A stretch of DNA of 63,766 bases, filler included. It is 4 parts of 4 records of this genome, joined end to end, with 100 filler letters (N's around TTAATTAATTAA, not from the genome) between each part and the next. Parts side by side here need not be neighbours in the genome. Positions count along the whole stretch, not along the records: positions 50,319 to 57,796 come from DRR723986_6633; positions 57,897 to 63,766 come from DRR723986_6638; 2 more parts are not named here. One strand, written 5' to 3'. A program made the position numbers and the translations under genes. Of this stretch, positions 51,187 to 60,666 are shown in pieces. Position 1 is the first letter of the stretch, and the number at the start of each line of letters is the position of its first letter. Under the pieces are notes generated by a model that saw only the letters and a program-made list of their open reading frames with translations, ran no database searches and was not told the DNA's origin.

Positions 51187-52281
51187 ATGTCGCAGACCGG
51201 CATTCCCTACCTGTTCCTGCGCGGCGGCACGTCGCGCGGGCCCTACTTCCGCCGCGAGGACCTGCCGCAGGACCGCGACCACCTTGCCCGCGTGCTGATC
51301 GCCGCCGTGGGCGCGGGCCATCCGCTGAACATCGACGGCATCGGCGGCGGCAACGCGGTGACCACCAAGGTCGCCATGCTGTCGACGTCCGAGCGCGACG
51401 ATTGCGACGTCGATTACTTCTTCGCGCAGGTCGCGGTGGACAAGGAAGAGGTCGACTTCAAGCCGACCTGCGGCAACATCCTCTGCGGTGTCGGTCCCGC
51501 CGCGCTCGAGATGGGCCTCGCGCCGATCACCGGCCCGGAAACCACCGTGCGCATCCATGCGGTCAACACCGGCGCGGTGATCGAGGCAGTGATCCAGACC
51601 CCCGACGGCGCCGTCAGCTACGAGGGCGAGACCGCGATCGCCGGTGTGCCCGGGACGGCGGCGCCGGTGCGGCTGGCCTTCATGGGCACCGTGGGCTCCG
51701 TCACCGGGGCCCTGTTCCCGACCGGCAACAAGATCGACGTGATCGACGGGGTCGAAGTCACCTGCATGGATGTCGCCATGCCGGTGATGATGGCCCGGGC
51801 CGAGGATTTCGGCCTGACCGCCACGGAGACCGCCGCAGAGCTCGACGCCAACACCGCCTTCTTCGAGCGCGCCGAGGCGATCCGCCTGAAGGCGGGCGCG
51901 TTGATGGGGCTTGGCGACGTGTCCAAGTCCGTGACGCCCAAGATCGCGATCCTCGCCAAGCCCGCGCAGGGCGGCACCATCGGCTCGCGCTACTTCATGC
52001 CATGGGCCTGCCATCCCTCGATGGCCGTCACCGGCGGCCAGTGCATCGCCGCCTGCGCGATCACCCCCGGGACCGTGGCCGAGGGCCTGTCGCAGGGCGC
52101 CGACGGACAGGCGCCGCTGCTGGTGCAGGTCGAACACCCTGCGGGGCTGCTCGACGTGCTGATCGACTTCGACGCCACACCCGAGGGGCCGCAGATCAAA
52201 TCCGCCGGGCTGGAGCGCACCGCCCGCCTGATCGCCCGGGGCGAGGTCATGGTGCCGACGAAGGTTTTTGCCGCAGAATGA
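51187..52281 (+). CDS. PrpF-family isomerase (4-oxalomesaconate tautomerase / YbhH-like), copy 1
   Basis: RGGTSRGPYF, IDGIGGG..TTKVA, CGNILCGVGP, YFMPWACHPSMAVTG, TARLIARG. Confidence 0.9.
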   Translation: MSQTGIPYLFLRGGTSRGPYFRREDLPQDRDHLARVLIAAVGAGHPLNIDGIGGGNAVTTKVAMLSTSERDDCDVDYFFAQVAVDKEEVDFKPTCGNILCGVGPAALEMGLAPITGPETTVRIHAVNTGAVIEAVIQTPDGAVSYEGETAIAGVPGTAAPVRLAFMGTVGSVTGALFPTGNKIDVIDGVEVTCMDVAMPVMMARAEDFGLTATETAAELDANTAFFERAEAIRLKAGALMGLGDVSKSVTPKIAILAKPAQGGTIGSRYFMPWACHPSMAVTGGQCIAACAITPGTVAEGLSQGADGQAPLLVQVEHPAGLLDVLIDFDATPEGPQIKSAGLERTARLIARGEVMVPTKVFAAE

Positions 52282-52282
52282 C

Positions 52283-52309
52283 GCGAACCCCGCCACGGCG
52301 GGGTTTCGC
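52283..52309. repeat. GC-rich palindrome after PrpF copy 1 (terminator or REP-like)
   Basis: GCGAACCCCGCC-AC-GGCGGGGTTTCGC. Confidence 0.5.
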
Positions 52310-52435
52310 TTGTCCGGGAAGATTGTATACTCGGGGATACAGATGGCGACACGACGGAGGCGACGACCCGCGAGGGCTGTCGGGCGTGCCGCCTGCGGCC
52401 CCCCCGAGGGGCCCGCGCCGACAGAGGAGAAGCCC

Positions 52436-54112
52436 GTGTCCAGACATGTTTTCGAGTTCCTGGCAGAGACCTTCGCCAATGAGCGGGTCGAGACCTGCTT
52501 CGCCCTTCTGGGCGACGCCAACATGAACTGGGCCACCTCGCTCGCAGGGCTGGGCACGTCGATGGTCTATGTCCGGCACGAGCACTGCGCCGTCGCCGCG
52601 GCCACCGCCTATGCGCGCAAGTCCGGCCGGATCGGCGTGGCGACCGTGACCTGCGGACCGGGGCTGACGCAGATCCTGACCGCGCTGCCCGCCGCCGTGC
52701 GCGCCGGCATCCCGCTGGTGATCTTCGCCGGAGAGGCTCCGCTGGGCGCCGCGTGGTACAATCAGGCCATCGACCAGAAGCCCTTCGTCGAGGCGACCGG
52801 CGCCGGCTACCACAGCCTCCACCACATCGCCCGGATGCCCGCCGCCATCCGCGACGCCTTTGTCGAGGCGCGCGAGACGCGGCGCCCGGTGGTCGTGGGC
52901 GTGCCCTTCGACCTGCAGGGCCAGATCGCGCCCGAGACGCTGAAGCAGCCGGTGCCGTCGCGCGAGCTCGCCCCGCGGGCCGCGCCCATGCCGCCCCATC
53001 CGGACGACGTGGCCAAGGCCTGTGACCTGATCGCGGGCGCGAGGCGGATCGTGGTGCTGGGCGGCCTTGGCGCCGAGGCCTCCGGCGCCACCGACGCCTG
53101 CCGCACCCTTGCGGACCGGATCGGCGCGGTGGTCACGACCTCTCTGCCCGCGCGCGGGATCTTTCACGGCGATGCCTTCGACATGGGCGTCTGCGGCGGG
53201 TTCAGCACGACCTTCGCCCGCGCCTGTTTCGCCGAAGCGGATCTGGTGATCGCGGTCGGCTGCAGCCTGACGCAGCACAACATGGACAAGGGCAAGCTTT
53301 TCCCCAAGGCCCGCATCCTGCAGATCGACACCACCATGCGCGCCATGAATCAGGGCCTTGCGGTGGCCACCGACCACCTGCGCGGCGATGCGCGGCTCAG
53401 CGTCGAGGCGCTGCTTGACCGCCTGTCGCCGCAAGCCGGCTGGCGCACCGAGGCCATGGCGCGGCGCATCGCCGGTGCCGCCGCCGACATCTGCACCTTC
53501 CCGCCCGAAGCCGACCTTCTCGATCCCCGCGACGTGGTCGGTGCGCTGGACGCGGCGCTGCCCGGCGACTGGCAGCTGGTCAATTCGTCGGGGCATTGTT
53601 CGTTCTACTTCGCCCACATGCGCCGCCCCTTCGCCAAGTTCCTGACGATCCGCGAGTTCGGCGCCATCGGCAACGGCACCTCCTACGCCATGGGCGTCGC
53701 CGCCGCGCGCCTCGGCGAGACGGTGGTCCTGCTGGACGGCGACGGCAGCCTTCTGATGCATGTGCAAGAGCTGGAAACCATCCGCCGCCACGGGCTGAAC
53801 GTCGTGATCTGCGTGCTGAACGACGGCGCCTACGGCTCTGAAATCCACAAGCTTCGGGACGAGGGGCTGTCGACCGAGGGCGCCGTCTTTGGCCGTCTCG
53901 ACCTTGGCGCCATCGCCCGCGGCTTTGGCGGAGAGGGCGCGCGCGTCGACGATCTGGCCGCGCTGCCCGACCTCGTGGCGGGCTACAGGGGCGGCCTTGC
54001 GGTCTGGGATTTCCCGATCTCGGACAAGGTCGCCAACCCGGTCGTGCGCCGCGCCCACCCGGGCGGCCATGTCGGCACCGAACACCCCGTAGACATCGCG
54101 GAGCTGCTGTGA
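52436..54112 (+). CDS. Thiamine-diphosphate-dependent enzyme (ALS/decarboxylase superfamily)
   Basis: VRHE catalytic Glu, TCGPGLT, GDGSLLM...VLNDGAYG ThDP motif; GTG 52436 after GAGGA. Confidence 0.9.
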   Translation: MSRHVFEFLAETFANERVETCFALLGDANMNWATSLAGLGTSMVYVRHEHCAVAAATAYARKSGRIGVATVTCGPGLTQILTALPAAVRAGIPLVIFAGEAPLGAAWYNQAIDQKPFVEATGAGYHSLHHIARMPAAIRDAFVEARETRRPVVVGVPFDLQGQIAPETLKQPVPSRELAPRAAPMPPHPDDVAKACDLIAGARRIVVLGGLGAEASGATDACRTLADRIGAVVTTSLPARGIFHGDAFDMGVCGGFSTTFARACFAEADLVIAVGCSLTQHNMDKGKLFPKARILQIDTTMRAMNQGLAVATDHLRGDARLSVEALLDRLSPQAGWRTEAMARRIAGAAADICTFPPEADLLDPRDVVGALDAALPGDWQLVNSSGHCSFYFAHMRRPFAKFLTIREFGAIGNGTSYAMGVAAARLGETVVLLDGDGSLLMHVQELETIRRHGLNVVICVLNDGAYGSEIHKLRDEGLSTEGAVFGRLDLGAIARGFGGEGARVDDLAALPDLVAGYRGGLAVWDFPISDKVANPVVRRAHPGGHVGTEHPVDIAELL

Positions 54113-55092
54113 AGGTCCATATCCTCGACGACTGGTTCGACACCCTCCGGACCCTGCCCAGCTTCGACCGGCTGAAGGGCCATGACGTCACCGTCTGGAC
54201 CGACCACGCCGAAGACGTCGAGACGCTGGCGGGCCGCCTTGCCCCCGCCGACTGTCTCGTCCTCTTCCGCGAGCGCACCGCCATCACCGCCCCCCTGCTG
54301 GAGCGCCTGCCGAACCTGCGCCTGATCTCGCAGCGCAGCGTCTATCCGCATGTGGACGTGGCGGCCTGCACCGCGAACGGCGTGCTGCTCTGTTCAAACA
54401 TGCACTCCGACACGCCCTCGATCGCGGCGGCGGAACTGACCTTCGCGCTGATCCTGTCCTCGGCGCGGCAGATCCCGCAGCAGATGGCCTCTCTGCGGGC
54501 CGGGACGTGGCAGATGGGCGTCGGCCAGACGCTGGCGGGGCGGACGTTGGGCCTTTACGGCTACGGACGCATCGCGAAGCAGGTGGCGGGCTATGCGCGC
54601 GCCTTCGGGATGCGGGTGGTCTGGTGGGCCTCCGAGGCGGGCCGCGCCCGGGCGATGGCAGATGGAGAGACCGTGGCCCAAAGCCGCCACGCCTTCTTCG
54701 CCGAGGCGGATTTCGTCTCCGTCCACGTCCGGCTGAAACCCGGGATGCGCGGCATCGTCACCGCCGAGGACCTGCTGGCCATGAAGCCCTCCGCCACCTT
54801 CGTGAACACCGCGCGCGCGGGGCTCGTGGCCAAGGGCGCGCTGGAGCGGGCGCTGGCGGAAGGCCGCCCCGGACGCCTTGCGCTGGATGTCTTCGACACC
54901 GAACCGCTGACCGATGCCGCCGACCCGCTGGTCCATCACCCCGCGGTGATCGGCACGCCGCATATCGGCTACGTCACCGAAGACGAACTCGACCTGCAAT
55001 TCGCCGACATCTACGATCAGATCAACGCCTACGCGGCGGCAGAGCCGATCCACATGATCAACCCCGAGGTCTGGGCAGGGCCTCCGCGGTGA
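54109..55092 (+). CDS. D-isomer-specific 2-hydroxyacid dehydrogenase
   Basis: LFRERT, GYGRIA Rossmann, VNTARA, DVFDTEP, TPHIGY. Confidence 0.92.
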   Translation: MKVHILDDWFDTLRTLPSFDRLKGHDVTVWTDHAEDVETLAGRLAPADCLVLFRERTAITAPLLERLPNLRLISQRSVYPHVDVAACTANGVLLCSNMHSDTPSIAAAELTFALILSSARQIPQQMASLRAGTWQMGVGQTLAGRTLGLYGYGRIAKQVAGYARAFGMRVVWWASEAGRARAMADGETVAQSRHAFFAEADFVSVHVRLKPGMRGIVTAEDLLAMKPSATFVNTARAGLVAKGALERALAEGRPGRLALDVFDTEPLTDAADPLVHHPAVIGTPHIGYVTEDELDLQFADIYDQINAYAAAEPIHMINPEVWAGPPR

Positions 55093-55999
55093 CCTCGAGA
55101 TGATCGGCGAAGCGGTTCAGAAGCTCCGCCTCGATGCAGGCGAGGGTTTCTGTCGCATTGCCCGACAGCGGCACCGCCCGGCGCGAGACGATGCCGATGG
55201 TGCGGTCCAGCCGGATGCCCTCGAAGGGCACGGCGACCAGTTCCGCCGGCGCCATGGTGATCGAAGAGCGCGGCAGGATCGTCAGCGCCGCGCCCGCGTT
55301 CACCAGCCGCATCGCCATGATCGCGTTCTGCACCTCGAACTGCCAAAGGATCCTGTCCTTCATCTCGCCCATCGCCACATCCAGAAGCTGACGGTTGCGC
55401 GACTGAGAGAAGATCCGCGCCATGGGCACGCCCAGGAGGTCGGTCAGCGCCACGCGCCCCTTCTGCGCCAGCGGGTGATCGCGGCGCACGAAGAGCACGT
55501 AATCCTCGACGAAAAGCGGCCGCAGACGCAGGTCCGACAGTTCCGCCGAAACGATGGTGATGCCGAACTCCGCCTTGCCGCTGCGCACGGTCTCGGCGAT
55601 GCGCGTGACCGGAATGTCGAGGATGTGGAACCCCATGTCGGGCCGCTGCGCCACCAGCGTCGACAGCACGGCGGGCAGGATCGTGTTGGCGATCGAGGGC
55701 AGGCAGGCGAAGGACAGCCGCTTGGCCTGCCGCTGCGCGCCGGCGCGAACGCTTTCGTAGGTGTCCTGCAACTCCTTCAGCAGGCGCCGCGCCTCGGGCA
55801 GCAGGCCCTGTCCCAGCGCGGTCAGCGACACCTCGCGGCTCGACCGAGTCAGAAGCACGTTGCCGAGGTCGTCCTCGATCTTGCGCAGCCGGTGGCTCAG
55901 CGCCGCCTGACTGAGGTTCAGCGCCTCTGCCGCGCGCTGGAACGACCCGTAGTCGGCAATCGCCACGAAGGCTTCGAGCCCCAGATAATCCACCCGCAT
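55058..55999 (-). CDS. LysR-family transcriptional regulator
   Basis: GSFQRAAEALNLSQAALSHRLRKIEDDLG HTH plus PBP2 domain. Confidence 0.94.
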   Translation of the reverse strand: MRVDYLGLEAFVAIADYGSFQRAAEALNLSQAALSHRLRKIEDDLGNVLLTRSSREVSLTALGQGLLPEARRLLKELQDTYESVRAGAQRQAKRLSFACLPSIANTILPAVLSTLVAQRPDMGFHILDIPVTRIAETVRSGKAEFGITIVSAELSDLRLRPLFVEDYVLFVRRDHPLAQKGRVALTDLLGVPMARIFSQSRNRQLLDVAMGEMKDRILWQFEVQNAIMAMRLVNAGAALTILPRSSITMAPAELVAVPFEGIRLDRTIGIVSRRAVPLSGNATETLACIEAELLNRFADHLEVTAEALPRPRG

Positions 56000-56061
56000 C
56001 GTCAGGGCCCCTCCGCCGTTTGCGCGCAGAGCCTATCCCATGCCCCGAAGGAGGCAAACCG

Positions 56062-56829
56062 TTGATCGCCATACCGGACCTTCTGCTGCCCGAGGGCATG
56101 ACGGATCTCGTCTTCCTCGCGCTGATTTCCACCAGCTTCCTTGGCTCCCTGATTACCGTGGCCTTCGGCATCGGCGGCGGCGGCCTGCTGCTGGCGGTCA
56201 TGGCGACTCTGGTGCCGGTCTCGGCGCTGATCCCCACGCACGGGGTGATCCAGGTGGCGTCGAACCTCGGGCGGGCGGCGATGACCTTTCGGCACATCTT
56301 CTGGCCGGCACTGCCGATGTTCACGCTGGGCTCTCTGGTGGGGGCCTTGGCGGGGGGCGCGGTGGTGGTGAACCTGCCCGCCGCATGGGTGCAGATCGGC
56401 ATCGGCGCCTTCGTTACGTGGTCGGTGCTGGGCAAGTCGCCGCGCGGGGTGCGCGACTGGCCGCTGCTGGTGGGCGCGGTGTCGAGCTTCCTGACCATGT
56501 TCTTCGGCGCGACGGGGCTGTTCGTGGCCACCTACACCAAGTCGCAAGAGCTTCCGCGCCATGCCCATGTCGCCACCCATGCCACGCTGATGACCGTGCA
56601 GCACGGGGTGAAAAGCGTGGCCTTCGGCCTTCTGGGCTTCGCCTTCGCCGAATGGTGGCCCTTCATCGTCGCGATGATGGTCGCGGGCTTCGCGGGGACC
56701 ACGGTGGGCCTGCAACTCTTGCACCGGATCGACGACAGGCGGTTCCGCTACGCGCTGGATACCGTGCTTCTGCTGCTCTCGGCGCGGCTGATCTATGCGG
56801 GCGTGACCGATCTGTGGTCCGGGCGCTGA
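56062..56829 (+). CDS. TauE/SafE (TSUP) family exporter
   Basis: AFGIGGG, IPTHGVIQVASN, FFGATG, about 8 TMs; TTG start after GGAGG. Confidence 0.88.
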   Translation: MIAIPDLLLPEGMTDLVFLALISTSFLGSLITVAFGIGGGGLLLAVMATLVPVSALIPTHGVIQVASNLGRAAMTFRHIFWPALPMFTLGSLVGALAGGAVVVNLPAAWVQIGIGAFVTWSVLGKSPRGVRDWPLLVGAVSSFLTMFFGATGLFVATYTKSQELPRHAHVATHATLMTVQHGVKSVAFGLLGFAFAEWWPFIVAMMVAGFAGTTVGLQLLHRIDDRRFRYALDTVLLLLSARLIYAGVTDLWSGR

Positions 56830-56955
56830 CGACGGCTCAGGGGGCTTCTAGGCCACGGTCTTCGGCGCGCCGCCATGCGTGGCCCTGCCGGGCCGGGTGT
56901 TTCGCCATGGGGCGCGGGCCGTGGGTGAGCCTGCTCTGACCGCGACGGGAAGGGA

Positions 56956-57796
56956 TCAGCGCGGAAAGACGCGCCCGTCGAACAGCTTGCGCGCTGTGCG
57001 CAGGGTCCCCGCGCGGGTCACGGCGCCCCCGGCATCGCGCTCCAGCAGCACCTCGGCGGCGCCGGTGGGGTGTTCCACGGCAAAGGTCTGACCCTCGGGC
57101 AGCACGCAGACCTCCTCCGCCGGAGAGCCGGGCAGAGTGCAGGCCGTCGCCACAGAGACGGCGGCGAAGACGCCGATGGTCGCGTGGCAGCGGTGCGGGA
57201 TGAAGCTGCGCGTGCCGATCACGCCACCGTCGCGGGGGGGCGAGACCAGCGTCATCTTGGGCACCGTGCTGTCGGTCACGTCGCCGAGGTTCATCATCGG
57301 CCCGGCCTGCAGGCGGATCGCCTCGACCCGGGCGCGAACGGCCTCGTTCGCATCCAGCGCCTCGCGGCTTTCGCTGCCGTCGATGCCGAAATCCTGCGCT
57401 TTCATGATCACGCAGGGCATGCCGTTGTCGATCAGCGTGCAGGCCACGCCGTCGATCACGTCCACGGCGTTTCCGGTGGGCAGGAGCGCGCCGCTCATCG
57501 ACCCGGCGATGTTCTGGAACATCAGCGGCACCGGCGCATGGTGGCCCGGCACGCCGTCGATGCGCGCCGCGCCCCGGTAGGACACCCGCCCGCCGGGGGT
57601 GACGATGCGCGCGACCGCGACCTCTCCGGTGTTGCGCATGTGGATGCGCACGGGCGTCTCGTCACCCGAAGCCGCCACCAGGCCGCGCTCGATCGCCGCC
57701 GGACCAACGCAGGCGAGGATATTGCCGCAGCCCTGCTTGTCGCTGACCAGCGCCTGATCGACGAAGACCTGCAGGAAGAGGTAGTCGACATCCGCA
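56956..57796 (-). CDS. PrpF-family 4-oxalomesaconate tautomerase (LigU/GalD-like), copy 2 (5' truncated)
   Basis: Frame open to contig end: DVDYLFLQVFVDQALVSDKQGCGNIL; IDNGMP, SFIPHRCHATIGV, EHPTG, RTARKLFDG. Confidence 0.9.
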
Positions 57797-57896
57797 NNNN
57801 NNNNNNNNNNNNNNNNNNNNNNNNNNNNNNNNNNNNNNNNTTAATTAATTAANNNNNNNNNNNNNNNNNNNNNNNNNNNNNNNNNNNNNNNNNNNN
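57797..57896. other. Artificial contig spacer 3
   Basis: 44 N + TTAATTAATTAA + 44 N. Confidence 0.99.
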
Positions 57897-59168
57897 AGCG
57901 GCGGGCGCGAACATGCGCTGGCCTGGAAAGCGGCCCAGTCCAGCCGCGTGGATACGGTTTACGTGGCACCCGGCAATGCTGGCACTGCGACGGAACCCGG
58001 CATCGAGAATGTCGCGCTGGACGTGATGGATTTCGCGGGGCTGGCGGACTTCGCCCGCGGCAATAACTGCGGCCTGACCATCGTCGGCCCGGAAGCGCCC
58101 CTGGTCGAGGGGGTGGTCGACTACTTTCGTGAGCAGGGCCTGCGCTGCTTCGGCCCGGACCGGGGCGCGGCGCAATTGGAAGGCTCCAAGGCCTTCACCA
58201 AGGATTTCCTCGCCCGCCACAATATCCCCACCGCCGCCTACGGCAACTTCACCGAACTCGACGCTGCCCTCGCCTACCTGCGGGAGCAGGGCGCACCGAT
58301 CGTGGTCAAGGCCGACGGCCTGGCCGCAGGCAAGGGTGTGATTGTTGCCGAAACCCTCGAGCAGGCCGAGGCGGCGGTCACCGACATGCTGTCGGGCAAC
58401 GCGTTCGGAGAAGCCGGCTGCCGGGTGGTGATCGAGGAATTTCTCGAGGGGGAAGAAGCCAGCTTCATCGTCCTCGTGGACGGCGAGCATGTGCTGCCGA
58501 TGGCCACCAGCCAGGACCACAAACGGATCGGCGAAGGCGACACCGGCCCCAATACCGGCGGCATGGGCGCCTACTCCCCCGCGCCCGTTGTGGATGCCAC
58601 CGTACACCAGCGCATCATGGAACAGGTAATCCTGCCCACCGTGCGCGGCATGGCCAGCGAGGGCAATGCCTACACCGGCTTCCTGTATGCCGGCCTGATG
58701 ATCACCCCCGACGGTGAACCCCGGGTGATTGAGTACAACTGCCGCTTCGGCGACCCGGAAACCCAGCCCATCATGCTGCGCCTGCAGTCAGACCTCGTCA
58801 GCCTGTGCGATGCCGCGCTGGATGGCGAACTGGACCGCACCGAGGCAGACTGGGACGAGCGCTGCGCGATCGGTGTAGTACTGGCCGCGGGCGGCTACCC
58901 GGGCAGCTACGCCAAGGGCACACCCATCGCCGGGCTCGACGCACCCCAGGCCGACAGCATCAAGGTTTTCCACGCCGGCACCCGGATGGAGGGTGACCAG
59001 GTGGTGACCAGCGGCGGCCGAGTGCTGTGTGTCACCGCCCTGGGTGCGGACATCGCGTCCGCCCAACAGGCCTGCTACACCGCGGCCGACAAGATCAGCT
59101 GGGACGGCATGACCTTGCGCCGTGACATTGGTTGGCGGGCCATAGCGCGCTATAGTCAGGGCTCCTGA
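57897..59168 (+). CDS. purD: Phosphoribosylamine-glycine ligase (first few codons missing)
   Basis: [11 protein letters not shown] from contig start, [41 protein letters not shown]. Confidence 0.97.
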   Translation, partial: SGGREHALAWKAAQSSRVDTVYVAPGNAGTATEPGIENVALDVMDFAGLADFARGNNCGLTIVGPEAPLVEGVVDYFREQGLRCFGPDRGAAQLEGSKAFTKDFLARHNIPTAAYGNFTELDAALAYLREQGAPIVVKADGLAAGKGVIVAETLEQAEAAVTDMLSGNAFGEAGCRVVIEEFLEGEEASFIVLVDGEHVLPMATSQDHKRIGEGDTGPNTGGMGAYSPAPVVDATVHQRIMEQVILPTVRGMASEGNAYTGFLYAGLMITPDGEPRVIEYNCRFGDPETQPIMLRLQSDLVSLCDAALDGELDRTEADWDERCAIGVVLAAGGYPGSYAKGTPIAGLDAPQADSIKVFHAGTRMEGDQVVTSGGRVLCVTALGADIASAQQACYTAADKISWDGMTLRRDIGWRAIARYSQGS

Positions 59169-59184
59169 ACTTCACGGGCCCCGT

Positions 59185-59829
59185 ATGCGCCAGCGCCGCC
59201 TCTCTCTTATTGACCGCCTGATAGGCGAAGCCGACACCGTGCTGCGCACCCTGGGCGCGCGCGGCAACACCGCCGGGCGGCCCTCGCCCGCGGACGGCCA
59301 CAGCGAATCGCAGCTCCCGGACAGTGAACGCCGCCATGTCGCCGGGCTGATGCGGGTCAATCACACCGGCGAGGTCTGCGCCCAGGCGCTCTACCAGGGC
59401 CAGGCCCTGACCGCCAAGCTGCCGGACGTGCGCGAAGAAATGCGTCAGGCCGCCGCCGAGGAAGTGGATCACCTGGTCTGGTGCGAGGCTCGCCTGAAAG
59501 AACTCGACAGCCGGCCCAGCGCCCTCAACCCCGCGTGGTACGGTCTGTCATTCGCGGTCGGTGCAATCGCCGGCGCGATCGGCGACCAGGTCAGCCTTGG
59601 CTTCGTCGCCGCCACCGAGGAGCGGGTCTGTTCCCACCTGCGCGAACACCTCAAGCAACTCCCCGAAGACGATCGTAAATCCCGCCTCATCCTGCAGAAG
59701 ATGCTCGAGGATGAGGAACGCCACGGTGAAAACGCGCTGCAGGCCGGGGGCACCGACTTCCCGCGCCCGGTGAAAGATGCCATGAGCGCCGTATCGAAGG
59801 TAATGACCCGCAGCAGTTACTGGGTCTGA
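59185..59829 (+). CDS. coq7: Demethoxyubiquinone hydroxylase (di-iron)
   Basis: [35 protein letters not shown]. Confidence 0.94.
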   Translation: MRQRRLSLIDRLIGEADTVLRTLGARGNTAGRPSPADGHSESQLPDSERRHVAGLMRVNHTGEVCAQALYQGQALTAKLPDVREEMRQAAAEEVDHLVWCEARLKELDSRPSALNPAWYGLSFAVGAIAGAIGDQVSLGFVAATEERVCSHLREHLKQLPEDDRKSRLILQKMLEDEERHGENALQAGGTDFPRPVKDAMSAVSKVMTRSSYWV

Positions 59830-59897
59830 GTTTCCTCAGCGGGCTGCTGGTGAACGCAGCCCTACACCCTTGCACCTCATCTAGTCATTTAGTCGCA

Positions 59898-60083
59898 AGG
59901 GCGGCGGCCGGGCAGTCATTGAGACGGCCGCTCACTTACCCGGGCTTTTGGGCTGCTGCGCAACTCGACCAAAATCGCTACGCGATTTTTGGGACTCGGA
60001 CAGTGCTCGCAGAAAGCCCCCAAAAGCCCGGGCAAGTGAAAGCTGCGACCTGATGGTCTCAATGACTGCCCGGCCGCCGCCCT
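59898..60083. repeat. ~190-bp nested palindromic element (MITE/REPIN-like or structured RNA)
   Basis: Perfect 28-bp arms 59898-59925 / 60056-60083; 20/21 inner arms 59932-59952 / 60019-60039; apical hairpin AAAATCGC-TAC-GCGATTTT. Confidence 0.85.
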
Positions 60084-60112
60084 ATCTGCAAGGTGCTGCC
60101 GCAGGGACTGGA

Positions 60113-60541
60113 CTAGTCGTTAGCGAAAGCAACAATCTCGAAGCTGTGACTGATCTCAACCCCGGCGGCGCCGAGCATGATCGATGCCGAGCAATACTTC
60201 TCCGCCGACAGCTCCACTGCCCGACGAACCTGACTCTCCTTGAGATCGATGCCGGTGACGATGAAGTGCATGTTGATCCGGGTGAACACCGCGGGGACGG
60301 CGTCGGCGCGTTCGGCCTGGAGTTCGACCCGGCAATCAGTGACGTTCTGACGCGACTTCTTGAGCATGCTCATCACATCGTAGATCGAGCAGCCGCCGGT
60401 GCCGAGCAGCAGCATCTCCATCGGGCGCACGCCCATGTTGCGGCCACCGAGATCCTCGGGACCATCCATGACCACGGTGTGGCCGCTACCGGATTCGCCA
60501 ATGAACATGGCGCCATCCATCCATTTGACTGTTGCCTGCAC
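60113..60541 (-). CDS. OsmC/YhfA family protein
   Basis: SGSGHTVVMDG, RPMEMLLLGTGGCS, LSAEKYCSAS two-Cys motifs; divergent from crp as yhfA is. Confidence 0.92.
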   Translation of the reverse strand: MQATVKWMDGAMFIGESGSGHTVVMDGPEDLGGRNMGVRPMEMLLLGTGGCSIYDVMSMLKKSRQNVTDCRVELQAERADAVPAVFTRINMHFIVTGIDLKESQVRRAVELSAEKYCSASIMLGAAGVEISHSFEIVAFAND

Positions 60542-60666
60542 GGGCTACTCCTGTTGCATGCCTTCTCGGAAGGGCGGGGAGCTTAGCACAAGAACTTGAG
60601 TTTTACTCAAAGGTGGGGTGGGTTAGAATCTGGGCTCAGGCAAAGCGATAGACAGGCGGATACACA

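Noticed and set aside
57849-58607. ORFs that run into N spacers (also 50267-50452 and 57070-57852)
   Set aside because: Antisense or junction artefacts spanning the linker.
60037-60059. GAAA ... CTGATG as a hammerhead ribozyme core within the palindrome
   Set aside because: Reads CUGAUGG rather than CUGANGA, and the stems do not fit the hammerhead topology.
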